A stretch of 64,000 nucleotides of DNA, taken from positions 9,653-73,652 of the forward strand of contig JALSNW010000043.1 of NCBI GenBank assembly GCA_026986785.1, given 5' to 3'. A program made the position numbers and the translations under genes. A model generated the notes under the pieces. It saw nothing but the letters and a program-made list of their open reading frames with translations, searched no databases and was not told the DNA's origin. This stretch comes from Deltaproteobacteria bacterium (lineage in GTDB: Bacteria > Desulfobacterota > Dissulfuribacteria > Dissulfuribacterales > QOAL01). Below, piece by piece: positions 8,758-17,613 of this stretch (positions are counted from its first letter, which is position 1; each line of letters starts with the position of its first letter).

Positions 8758-11700
8758 GTGGCTGAAAGAGCCTTTGTGCCAATGAAACGAACAAAGCAAA
8801 AAGACACAACAATGTCTCCAAGACTCAAGGAAGAGCTTAAGCACTTGTTTCTGCCCATAATCAGGCATAGAGGAAACAAATATGCCAAAAGCGGCAGGGT
8901 CCAGATAAACGAATTCAAATCAGATGTTATTAGGTCTACGGTCAGGGGAACAATAAACTACAGCGTATCGGTCATCTTTGATAGAGACGATAGTGGCAGA
9001 GTCAGGATTGGATGTACATGTCCATTCTTTCGCCAAGGAATACCTTGCAAGCATATCTGGGCAACTATCTGCATAGCCGATCAGTTGATGAAGAAGCTGC
9101 CTGAAAAGGGTAAGGAGCCCAAAGACTCCTTCCGAGATATTGATTTGATATTCAATGAAGACCTCTGGGAAACTGGCTCCCAAACCCTGCCATGGAAGCC
9201 TGTACAAGACTTTGTAATCAGATACAGGCTGGCAGTGGATGGGCAATCCATGTCCATAAGCATATTCGAGCAATATGTGAAAAAAGATGGAAAGCCTGGC
9301 AGGACAAGGCGGATAAGCTCAAAGATCCTCGAACACCCCCATCTGCCCAGGCAGGATAAGCTACTTTTGCCATATTTCACTGATCTTGCAGAAAAATCGG
9401 CATTCTATTCCGGCTTCGGGCTATATGGCAATCACATGGACTTTGATACCATCCCCATAAATCCATCGCAAGCAGGGGTTGTTCTACCATTACTGGCAGA
9501 AACAGGCAGATGCCTGGTCTTCTTTGAGCATGGGGAGGAATTGATCGATCCCCTGCAGATGGCCACAACGCCAAAGGCCAAGCTGGAAATTAACGCATCA
9601 TCAGACGGTGGGAGCAAGGTGATCCTTAGGCCCCAGGTAATCCTTACCTATAGAAAAAAACTGGAAAGGGTCGACCTTGGCCAAATGCATTTCCTGAATG
9701 CCGATCCCGTCTTTCTCATCTACAATGGCCTCCTCTACGAACTCGATGGCCCTAACTATTCATGGATCAGACAGGTTCGGGCATATGGCCTGCCACAGAT
9801 AGAAAAAAAGGCACTGCCAAGATTGGTAAAAAAGGCATCTTCCATCTCAAAACCCCAGGTATTAAAACTCCATGAGGAGCTTGCACCCGAAAGGATAACC
9901 GGCATAGATCCGGTTCTCCATCTCACCCTTGACATTGGTATCGAAAACATAATGGCCAAGGTCCACGTGGAATACAGGCCCCATATCATAGATCCCCGTT
10001 CAAAAGAGCCTTTTATATTCGACTACCAGGAATGGAAAACCATAGAGAGAGACAAGGAAAAGGAGGAAAGACTGTTGAATCTCCTGGAACAGGAAGGCTT
10101 TCGATATGATGAAAGGCTTGACCTCTATGAAATCCATATGGATAAGGCCTCAGAGGCCCTGGTCTCCTTGGAGAAAAAGGGGGCTGTGCTAAAGGCCTTG
10201 GATAAAAAACGTGTCAGGGCGGGTACAATAAGGACGGTCAGCATAACCTCTGGTATAGATTGGTTCGACATGGATGCCGAGATCTCCTTTGGTGAAGAAT
10301 CTGTACCTCTGCCCAAAGTCGTGCAGGCCTATCTTCGCGGTGAAAAAACCATCACCCTCAGCTCAGGAGAGCAAGGCATTCTCCCTGCCAAGTGGCTTGA
10401 GCGACATGGTCATGCACTGGAATTTGCCCACGTTCGGGCTGGCAAAGACAAGAAGAAGCGCTTACGATTTTCTCTCTCCCATGCACTACTCTTGGACCAA
10501 ATGCTCCAAGATGCCCCTGAGGTAAAGATCGACCAGAAATTTGCCCAAAAGCGGGAAAAGATACGTTCATTTAGCGGCATCGAGGCCAGACAGCCACCCA
10601 AGGGCTTTAGGGGTAGACTTCGAAGTTACCAAAGGGAGGCCCTTGGTTGGTTTCAATTTCTCGAGGAGTTAGGGCTTGGAGGCATATTGGCTGACGACAT
10701 GGGCCTTGGCAAGACAGTCCAAGTACTAGCCTGGCTTCTGGAAAAATCACAACAGGAAGGGGGAATCCCCAATCTGGTAGTTGCGCCAACCTCCCTCGTC
10801 TTCAACTGGCTGGCAGAGGCTGAAAAATTTACTCCTCAGCTCGAGATATCACCCTATGTTGGCCCCAAAAGACACGAGGCATTGAAAGAATGCCTGAAGG
10901 CCAACATAGTCCTGACCACCTATGGTATCTTGAGACGAGACATCGATAAACTAATAAAGATCAAGTTCAATTATGCTGTCTTGGATGAAAGCCAATGCAT
11001 CAAAAACCCTGGCTCTGTAATCGCCAAGGCCGTAAGGCTCATAGATGCCAAAAACAGGCTCTGCCTCACAGGCACTCCTCTTGAAAATCATATTGGCGAG
11101 CTCTGGTCCCAGATGGAATTTCTAAATCCTGGCATGTTGGGAAGCAGGGAAAGATTCATGAAACGCTTTGCCAAACCACTTGCAGACGGTGACCAGGAAG
11201 TTGCCACGACCCTCAGGCAACTTGTAAGACCCTTTATCCTCAGACGCACCAAGGAAGAAGTGGCCAAGGAACTACCAGAAAAACAGGAATCCATAATACG
11301 CTGCACCATGACAGAGAAGCAGCGGGAACTCTATCTCCAGTTACGAGATCATTACCGCGCTACCATCCTCAAAAGTGTGGCGGACAAGGGCATCAAGAGA
11401 TCCAAGATGAAGGTCCTGGAAGGACTTCTCAGATTGAGACAGGCAGCCAGTCATCCTGCCCTCATAGGTGCAGAAAATGTGGACTCGGGCAAGTTTCTTC
11501 AACTCATGAACCTCTTGGAAGAGGTTATAGAAAGCGGGCACAAGGTCCTTGTCTTTTCCCAGTTCACCAAGATGCTTGGCATTATAAAGCAGGCACTATC
11601 CCAAAAAGGCATAAGCTTTGAGTACCTGGATGGGAGAACTCCCCAGACCAGAAGAGAGAGAAAGGTGGTCAACTTCCAGGAAAATGATCACATAAGGCTC

Positions 11701-11997
11701 TTTCTCATTAGCCTCAGGGCAGGTGGTATAGGGCTCAACCTGACTGCTGCCGACTATGTCTTCATCGTGGATCCCTGGTGGAATCCAGCTGTCGAACTCC
11801 AGGCCATAGATAGGACCCATAGGATAGGACAGACTAGAAAGGTTGTCACATATAGGCTTATATCCAGGGATACAGTAGAAGAAAAGGTGCTAAGGCTCCA
11901 GAAAAAGAAACAAGAGATTGTAGGCTCCATCCTCAGCGGCAGCAAGAACATGCTCTCCAATCTCACTGCCGAGGACCTGGAAATCCTATTCTCATAG
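8758..11997 (+). CDS. SWIM zinc-finger / SNF2-family helicase
   Basis: SWIM motif CTCPFFRQGIPCKHIWA near the N-terminus. Helicase motifs LADDMGLGKT (I), VLDESQCIKN (II), LTGTPLEN, and the C-terminal SLRAGGIGLNLTAADYVFIVDPWWNPAVELQAIDRTHRIGQ. The start is uncertain (GTG 8758, ATG 8782 or ATG 8812). Confidence 0.85.
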   Translation: MAERAFVPMKRTKQKDTTMSPRLKEELKHLFLPIIRHRGNKYAKSGRVQINEFKSDVIRSTVRGTINYSVSVIFDRDDSGRVRIGCTCPFFRQGIPCKHIWATICIADQLMKKLPEKGKEPKDSFRDIDLIFNEDLWETGSQTLPWKPVQDFVIRYRLAVDGQSMSISIFEQYVKKDGKPGRTRRISSKILEHPHLPRQDKLLLPYFTDLAEKSAFYSGFGLYGNHMDFDTIPINPSQAGVVLPLLAETGRCLVFFEHGEELIDPLQMATTPKAKLEINASSDGGSKVILRPQVILTYRKKLERVDLGQMHFLNADPVFLIYNGLLYELDGPNYSWIRQVRAYGLPQIEKKALPRLVKKASSISKPQVLKLHEELAPERITGIDPVLHLTLDIGIENIMAKVHVEYRPHIIDPRSKEPFIFDYQEWKTIERDKEKEERLLNLLEQEGFRYDERLDLYEIHMDKASEALVSLEKKGAVLKALDKKRVRAGTIRTVSITSGIDWFDMDAEISFGEESVPLPKVVQAYLRGEKTITLSSGEQGILPAKWLERHGHALEFAHVRAGKDKKKRLRFSLSHALLLDQMLQDAPEVKIDQKFAQKREKIRSFSGIEARQPPKGFRGRLRSYQREALGWFQFLEELGLGGILADDMGLGKTVQVLAWLLEKSQQEGGIPNLVVAPTSLVFNWLAEAEKFTPQLEISPYVGPKRHEALKECLKANIVLTTYGILRRDIDKLIKIKFNYAVLDESQCIKNPGSVIAKAVRLIDAKNRLCLTGTPLENHIGELWSQMEFLNPGMLGSRERFMKRFAKPLADGDQEVATTLRQLVRPFILRRTKEEVAKELPEKQESIIRCTMTEKQRELYLQLRDHYRATILKSVADKGIKRSKMKVLEGLLRLRQAASHPALIGAENVDSGKFLQLMNLLEEVIESGHKVLVFSQFTKMLGIIKQALSQKGISFEYLDGRTPQTRRERKVVNFQENDHIRLFLISLRAGGIGLNLTAADYVFIVDPWWNPAVELQAIDRTHRIGQTRKVVTYRLISRDTVEEKVLRLQKKKQEIVGSILSGSKNMLSNLTAEDLEILFS

Positions 11998-12067
11998 GTC
12001 GAGACCAGCCCTTATTTATCCGCATGGCATTGGCTGGAATAAAGTTTTTAGAATAGGTCGATCAACG

Positions 12068-13036
12068 ATGTCAGGACCCGTAGCAGAAGTGGAAAAGATA
12101 CCGATATATATTGCCAAGGGATTAAGGCATCCCCAGAAGCCCCCAAGAGAACATACCCAGGATATATTGAGGAGCACAATATCAGAGATAATGAATACTT
12201 TTCTGCCTGATAACCTCCTTGGCACCAATATCCTTGTCAAGCCAAATCTTCTAAAGGCAGGAGATCCTCTTTGTGTCACCCCTCCAGAAACAATCCTGGC
12301 AACTGCAACAATCTTGAAAGATATGGGGGCCAAGGTAATGGTGGCAGATTCACCTGCCTTTGGTACAGCCAAAAAGGTGCTCAAGTCCCTGGGTATCATA
12401 AACGAGTTGCAAAGAAGGGGCATAGAGGTCTCTTCACTCAAAGATCCTGTTCGAAAAAGACTTCCATGCGGTATAAGGATTGGGATATCGAGAACGGCCC
12501 TGGAAGCAGGGCTCATAGTAAATATCCCGAGACTCAAGGCACACTGCCAAATGGGTGTAACTGCTGCTGTAAAAAACACATTTGGAACCGTAGTAGGTTT
12601 CAGAAAGGCCATGGCCCATACTCTCTATGGAGGCGACAGGGCCCTCTTCTCTGCCATGATCCTGGAGATCTCCCAACTCCTGCCACCTGGACTCAATATG
12701 GTAGACGCCACGACAATCATGCATGTAACAGGCCCATCAGGAGGCAACCCCCTATCCTTGGGCCTAATATTAGCAAGCCCTTCTGCCGTTGCCGTGGATA
12801 CCAGCGCCTATCACATCCTGGGCCTTGCACCAGGACAGGTCCCCCTCTGGCACACAGCCCTGGAACGCAATCTATATGGTTCCAGGTTGGAGGATCTACG
12901 ATTCATAAAAGAAGACCTAAGAGCCATACAGTTACCCACCAGGGTCTCCATGCCCAAAGACCTTCAACCTCTTACCTTCAATCCCATGAGACTCCTAAGA
13001 GGACGCATCAAATCCCTCTTGAAAAAGCTATTCTGA
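12068..13036 (+). CDS. DUF362 domain-containing protein
   Basis: 322 aa. It contains the DUF362-like ILVKPNLL...GD core and the PRLKAH segment. The assignment is from memory of the family pattern. Confidence 0.6.
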   Translation: MSGPVAEVEKIPIYIAKGLRHPQKPPREHTQDILRSTISEIMNTFLPDNLLGTNILVKPNLLKAGDPLCVTPPETILATATILKDMGAKVMVADSPAFGTAKKVLKSLGIINELQRRGIEVSSLKDPVRKRLPCGIRIGISRTALEAGLIVNIPRLKAHCQMGVTAAVKNTFGTVVGFRKAMAHTLYGGDRALFSAMILEISQLLPPGLNMVDATTIMHVTGPSGGNPLSLGLILASPSAVAVDTSAYHILGLAPGQVPLWHTALERNLYGSRLEDLRFIKEDLRAIQLPTRVSMPKDLQPLTFNPMRLLRGRIKSLLKKLF

Positions 13037-13165
13037 TATCCCATCCTTTTGATGATTCAAAATCATCGAAAAAGAATTTGTCAAAGGATCATTTTATCCT
13101 TGTTTATGAGGGCATGAGGTAATATTTTGCCATTGTTGAAAAGATCGGATTGATAGGGGAAAGAC

Positions 13166-14083
13166 ATGTCTGTGGTCTTGTTAGGTTATCATAATATGGG
13201 ATGCAGGGCACTGAAGGTCTTGAGAGAATTGGCTATCCCAGTACCTGCTGTCTTCACACACCGTGACAGTCACAAAGAAAATGTCTGGTTCGATTCTTTG
13301 GCCAGTCTTGCCAAGAATTATGAAATCCCTTGTTATTTCCCCGATGACATAAACCAGAAAGAGTGGGTGGATCTAATAAGATCCATGAAGCCTGATATTA
13401 TCCTTTCGTGTTATTTCAGGCAGATGATAAAACAGGACATATTAGATATCCCAAGGTGTGCAGCCGTCAATCTCCATGGCTCCCTTCTTCCAAGATACCG
13501 AGGAAGGTGCCCTGTAAACTGGCAGCTTGTCTTTGGAGAAGTGAAAAGTGGAGTAACCCTCCACCACATGGTCTTGAAGGCGGATGCCGGTGACATAGTC
13601 GGGCAGATGGAAGTGGATGTGGGACCCAGGGACACTGCCTTGACCCTTTTTAAAAAATTGGAGGAGGCTGCCGAACAGGTTCTAAGACAATACATTCCCA
13701 TGCTACTCGATGGTACAGCCCCCAGGATAGAGCAGGACCATTCAAGGGCAACCTACTTCGGAGGTAGGAAACCAGAAGATGGCAAGATAGACTGGAGCTG
13801 GAGTGCAGAACGTATCTACAACCTTATCAGGGCTGTGACATGGCCCTATCCAGGTGCATTTGCCTTTATGGAAGGCCAAAAGGTATATATCTGGGATGCC
13901 GAGCCCCTGGAGGATCGAGATCTGTCTTTGCCTGTTGGCACGGCAAGACAGATAGAAGGGGATACAGTCGTACAGACAGGCAGGGGATGTCTGAAAGTTA
14001 ATTCTGCCTCTATAGAACCTCGCCCAAACCCTGAAATACCCATCCCATCCATATTACGACGTAATGATATACATTTTGAATAA
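13166..14083 (+). CDS. Formyltransferase, ArnA N-terminal-domain type (UDP-4-amino-4-deoxy-L-arabinose formyltransferase-like)
   Basis: Collinear with the E. coli ArnA N-domain as I recall it: YHNMGCRAL, FTHRD, NLHGSLLPRYRGRCPVNWQLV.GE..SGVTLHHMV..ADAGDIV, AVTWPYPGAF. Confidence 0.85.
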   Translation: MSVVLLGYHNMGCRALKVLRELAIPVPAVFTHRDSHKENVWFDSLASLAKNYEIPCYFPDDINQKEWVDLIRSMKPDIILSCYFRQMIKQDILDIPRCAAVNLHGSLLPRYRGRCPVNWQLVFGEVKSGVTLHHMVLKADAGDIVGQMEVDVGPRDTALTLFKKLEEAAEQVLRQYIPMLLDGTAPRIEQDHSRATYFGGRKPEDGKIDWSWSAERIYNLIRAVTWPYPGAFAFMEGQKVYIWDAEPLEDRDLSLPVGTARQIEGDTVVQTGRGCLKVNSASIEPRPNPEIPIPSILRRNDIHFE

Positions 14084-14179
14084 ATTACCAGAGAAAAGGG
14101 GGTTATCAACTCTACTCACAGTAATTTTCTCTGGACAATAATCCTGCTAATAACATTAGCCCCATAGAGGAATGGATAG

Positions 14180-15235
14180 ATGAAGATATTAGTGCTTGGC
14201 GTGAATGGTTTCATTGGTAGTCATCTGGTTAGACGAGCAATCGAGGAAACAGATTGGGAAATCTTCGGTATGGATCTGTCTTCGGACAGGCTGGGAGATA
14301 GGATAAAACATCCAAATGTCCACTTCCTGGAAGGAGACATCTCCATCAACAAGGAATGGATTGAATACCATGTTAAGAAATGTGATGTTTGCCTCCCTCT
14401 TGTGGCAATAGCCACACCTGCCACCTATGTAAAGGATCCACTGGCGGTGTTCGAACTGGATTTTGAGCAGAATCTCAGGATAGTCCGCCAATGTGCAGAA
14501 TACGGTACCCGGGTCATCTTTCCCTCGACAAGCGAGGTCTATGGCATGTGCCAGGACAAAAAATTCAATGAAGATACGAGCAACCTGGTCTATGGCCCAA
14601 TAAATAAACAGCGTTGGATCTATGCATGTGCCAAGCAGATGATGGACAGGGTCATCTGGGCCATGGGCCGACACAAGGGCCTACAATTTACCCTTATAAG
14701 GCCTTTCAACTGGATCGGCTCTGGCCTGGACAGCCTTTCTGCCCCAAAGGAAGGCAGTTCTCGGGTGGTGACCCAATTTCTTGGACATATCTTGAGGGGA
14801 GAACCCATCACTTTGGTAGACGGAGGGGCACAGAGACGCTGTTTCACCTATGTGGATGATGGCCTTGACTGTCTATTTTCCATTATCGAGAACACACAAA
14901 ACAAATGTGACGGGCGCATATTCAACATTGGTAACCCTTACAACGATTACTCAATAAAAGACCTGGCAGATATGATGATCGAGGTGGTAAAGGAATTCCC
15001 CCAACTGGCAAAGCTGGCAGAACGGGTTGAATTCAGACATATACCGGCCAGTGAATACTATGGCCCTGATTATCAGGACGTGGGTTACAGGGTCCCAGAC
15101 ATATCCAATGCAATGAAGATCCTTGGATGGAAACCAAAGGTTGGGCTCAAGGATGCCTTGAGAAAGACGATCTCTTTCTATGTGGAATCAGGTGACATCG
15201 CCATCAGGGAACTTGGTACCCCAGAAAACATATAA
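14180..15235 (+). CDS. NAD-dependent UDP-glucuronate decarboxylase, ArnA C-terminal-domain type
   Basis: Very close to the ArnA C-domain as I recall it: ILGVNGFIGSHL, GDISINKEWIEYHVKKCDVCLPLVAIATP, IFPSTSEVYGMC, RWIYACAKQMMDRVIWA, LQFTLIRPFNW, CDGRIFNIGNP. Confidence 0.85.
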   Translation: MKILVLGVNGFIGSHLVRRAIEETDWEIFGMDLSSDRLGDRIKHPNVHFLEGDISINKEWIEYHVKKCDVCLPLVAIATPATYVKDPLAVFELDFEQNLRIVRQCAEYGTRVIFPSTSEVYGMCQDKKFNEDTSNLVYGPINKQRWIYACAKQMMDRVIWAMGRHKGLQFTLIRPFNWIGSGLDSLSAPKEGSSRVVTQFLGHILRGEPITLVDGGAQRRCFTYVDDGLDCLFSIIENTQNKCDGRIFNIGNPYNDYSIKDLADMMIEVVKEFPQLAKLAERVEFRHIPASEYYGPDYQDVGYRVPDISNAMKILGWKPKVGLKDALRKTISFYVESGDIAIRELGTPENI

Positions 15236-15279
15236 CAACAGCACATACCATGTCCCTTTTTGAAATCAGGTGAAGCCGT

Positions 15280-16923
15280 ATGGCTCAGGACAGCTTGGGC
15301 AAACAGTTGGCTCTCATCCTGTTCACAGCCTTCTTTCTTTTTTCTATCGTAGTGGTCTTGTGGCACCGGGAGATATATGGCCTTGAAACCAGATCCGCCC
15401 TTTTTGTCCGTGATATGCTGGCAGGAGGAAGCCTCATGGTCCCCCATCTCTATGGCCGGCCATATACTGACTACCCTTGCCTTTTTTTCATTTTCCAGTA
15501 TGTCTTCAGCCTGCCTTCAGGCCATGTGACAGCCCTTTCGATCTCACTACCAAGTGCCCTATCGGCCTCTGGCTTGATACTGCTCACATGGTGGTTCACC
15601 AAGGATCACCTCCGAGAAAAAGTAGCATTCATTGCCACCATATGCCTGGCTGCACTGCCGGAATTCTGGCTCAAGGCCCAAAAGGCCACTATCGACATGC
15701 TACTGGCCCTTGAATGTAGTATTGCAATAGTCTGTCTTTTTCAGGCTGAAAAGGCAGGCAGGAAGCAGGTCTCCCGTGCATTCAACCTTTTCGCCTATCT
15801 GTCCATTCTTGCTGGTGTATTGACCAAGGGCCTCGTGGGGCTTTTACCGCTGTTTTGCTGGTTTTTATACCTTGCTCTACAGAAAAGATTCATGGATATA
15901 TTGATAGCAATCCCAAAATGGATCCTGATATCGGTTGCCGCCATATGTCTCGAGGCCATGTTATTTTTCAAGACAGGTGGTATACAATTGGTGGAACAGG
16001 CTATTTCATCCCAATTTCTCTCCAGGATCGGAGGCCAGCCCAATAAGCCTTTTTACTACTATTTCATCTATCTCGCCCTGTCCTTCCTCCCTTGGATTCT
16101 TTGGATTCTTGCCCAGTTGTCTCTTATGAAAAGATCTTCTTATACCCGGACTGAATCCCAAAAGGTGGAAGGTCTCGATGACAACCGCCTTCTACCCCTT
16201 CTCGTCGCATGGTCGTCGGGAATACTTATCCCCTATCTCCTGTCTGCATCGAGGCATGGACGATACATACTTCCAGCATTCATGCCCCTTGCCATAGCTA
16301 TGGCCTTACCCATCTCCAGACTGACAGACATGTTAGACGAAGAAGATGTCCATCGGCTTTTAAGGGGAGTCTTCATACTGAGTATAACAGTTGGAATCAT
16401 TCTCCTTGTTTTGTTTGTCTGGAACCCATTTGGTTCGAAAAGGGCCTTTGGTGCCCTTGTCCTCTTGAGTACGATGGCTTTTTTCTGTGCCTGGATAGTA
16501 TGGCGATTAGAGATAGATATCAGGCCGTTTTTTCTGTTCGCCATCCTTATGACATACTCGACTTCTGCTGCCTGTCTCACAATAGAGCCTGGCATCTCCC
16601 AAAAAGAATCTGCCCAAAAATTTGCAATGTGTACAGAGAAGTCCCTCTCTCCTGGGGAAAAGGTAATCCTTGTAGGGTTGAAACCAGACAAGAACGGGAT
16701 CAAATACGCCCTGTTCAGTATGGCCTATCCCAAAACGCTCCTATTCATCCAAGGCCCAGAGGGTCTCAAGAATCTTTCTTTACCATTCGTACTCGTAATA
16801 CCCGAAAAGAATCTCGAAATCATTGCCCCCTTTCTTTCAAGACATGTCACCAGAATCCTTTGCCAGGGCAGCATCCACAACAGAAAGGTATTATCCCTGA
16901 AGATAATATCGTCAAAAAAATGA
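15280..16923 (+). CDS. ArnT/PMT-like membrane glycosyltransferase (GT39/GT83-type)
   Basis: 547 aa and polytopic, with more than 10 hydrophobic segments. It lies directly downstream of the two ArnA-domain genes. The family call rests on topology and context. Confidence 0.65.
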   Translation: MAQDSLGKQLALILFTAFFLFSIVVVLWHREIYGLETRSALFVRDMLAGGSLMVPHLYGRPYTDYPCLFFIFQYVFSLPSGHVTALSISLPSALSASGLILLTWWFTKDHLREKVAFIATICLAALPEFWLKAQKATIDMLLALECSIAIVCLFQAEKAGRKQVSRAFNLFAYLSILAGVLTKGLVGLLPLFCWFLYLALQKRFMDILIAIPKWILISVAAICLEAMLFFKTGGIQLVEQAISSQFLSRIGGQPNKPFYYYFIYLALSFLPWILWILAQLSLMKRSSYTRTESQKVEGLDDNRLLPLLVAWSSGILIPYLLSASRHGRYILPAFMPLAIAMALPISRLTDMLDEEDVHRLLRGVFILSITVGIILLVLFVWNPFGSKRAFGALVLLSTMAFFCAWIVWRLEIDIRPFFLFAILMTYSTSAACLTIEPGISQKESAQKFAMCTEKSLSPGEKVILVGLKPDKNGIKYALFSMAYPKTLLFIQGPEGLKNLSLPFVLVIPEKNLEIIAPFLSRHVTRILCQGSIHNRKVLSLKIISSKK

Positions 16924-17019
16924 CTCTTTCATTCCCTGCCAATTCTCCATCCTGTTGAAGACCTACTTTCAAGAGCTTTTTCCTTTGTTATTTCAGTAAG
17001 TTCTATTGAAACCCCATAT

Positions 17020-17035
17020 TGGCACATGTGTTGCT
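17020..17035 (+). promoter_or_regulatory. Sigma-54 (RpoN) promoter, -24/-12 elements
   Basis: The sequence TGGCACatgtgTTGCT matches the consensus TGGCAC-N5-TTGCW exactly. It sits 48 nt upstream of the fliL ATG. Confidence 0.7.
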
Positions 17036-17082
17036 CAAAAGGAGTATCGACAGATTGATGACTAAAGAACCTGGAGCAGCAA

Positions 17083-17601
17083 ATGGCCAAAAAAGAAAAA
17101 ACAGAAGACAAGGCCCAAGAAAAGGGTAAAAAGGGTGGATCAAAACTCCTTCTCATCATCATCATTCTCCTTGTACTCATAATAGCTGGTGGGGCTGCGG
17201 GATTCTTTCTTCTCTATTCGGCACCCAGTGACGAGGAGGTGGCCAAGGAGATCCAGAAGGATGAGGCCCCAGTTGTTGCCACCAATAGTGAACCTCAAAT
17301 CGGCGTCACCGTAGAGCTTAAACCATTCATAGTTAATCTCGCAGATCCAAAGGCGAGCCACTTTCTCAAGGCCACCATCACCCTTGAAGTAAAGGATGAC
17401 AAGGCCAAGGACCTGACTGACAAGATGCTTCCCAAGATCCGAAATGACATCCTTTTATTGCTCAGCAGTCAGACCCTGGAAGACGTCATATCTATTGAGG
17501 GAAAGGTGAGACTCAGGGATGAAATAATGGCACGGGTGAGCAGGATTATAGGGCAGGGACGGCTACTGAACGTATACTTCAGCCAGTTCGTTGTCCAGTA
17601 A
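17083..17601 (+). CDS. fliL: Flagellar basal-body-associated protein FliL
   Basis: Lys-rich N-terminus, one TM segment, and a FliL core (VELKPFIVNLADPKASHFLKATITLEV...LPKIRNDILLLLSS...VYFSQFVVQ). Confidence 0.85.
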   Translation: MAKKEKTEDKAQEKGKKGGSKLLLIIIILLVLIIAGGAAGFFLLYSAPSDEEVAKEIQKDEAPVVATNSEPQIGVTVELKPFIVNLADPKASHFLKATITLEVKDDKAKDLTDKMLPKIRNDILLLLSSQTLEDVISIEGKVRLRDEIMARVSRIIGQGRLLNVYFSQFVVQ

Positions 17602-17613
17602 AGGGGAAGGGTT

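Noticed and set aside
8758-11997. The SNF2 helicase could be part of a DISARM-like or other anti-phage system.
   Set aside because: No methyltransferase, DUF1998 protein, PLD/nuclease or second helicase gene is adjacent. It is kept only as a low-priority finding.
12005-12049. A possible terminator after the SNF2 gene (CCAGCC...GGCTGG followed by GTTTTT).
   Set aside because: The stem is only 6 bp, the loop is 21 nt, and the predicted stability is poor.
12271-13122. A 283-aa alternative-frame plus-strand ORF lies inside the DUF362 gene, and a 198-aa minus-strand ORF lies at 12016-12612.
   Set aside because: The alternative-frame product is R/G/P/H-rich and unlike any protein family, and neither ORF has an SD sequence. 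The DUF362 frame has family-like motifs and sensible start and stop context.
16209-16958. A 249-aa alternative-frame ORF lies inside the ArnT-like gene.
   Set aside because: The overlapped frame encodes a coherent polytopic membrane protein. The alternative frame gives a Cys/His/Pro/Arg-rich sequence typical of an off-frame read.
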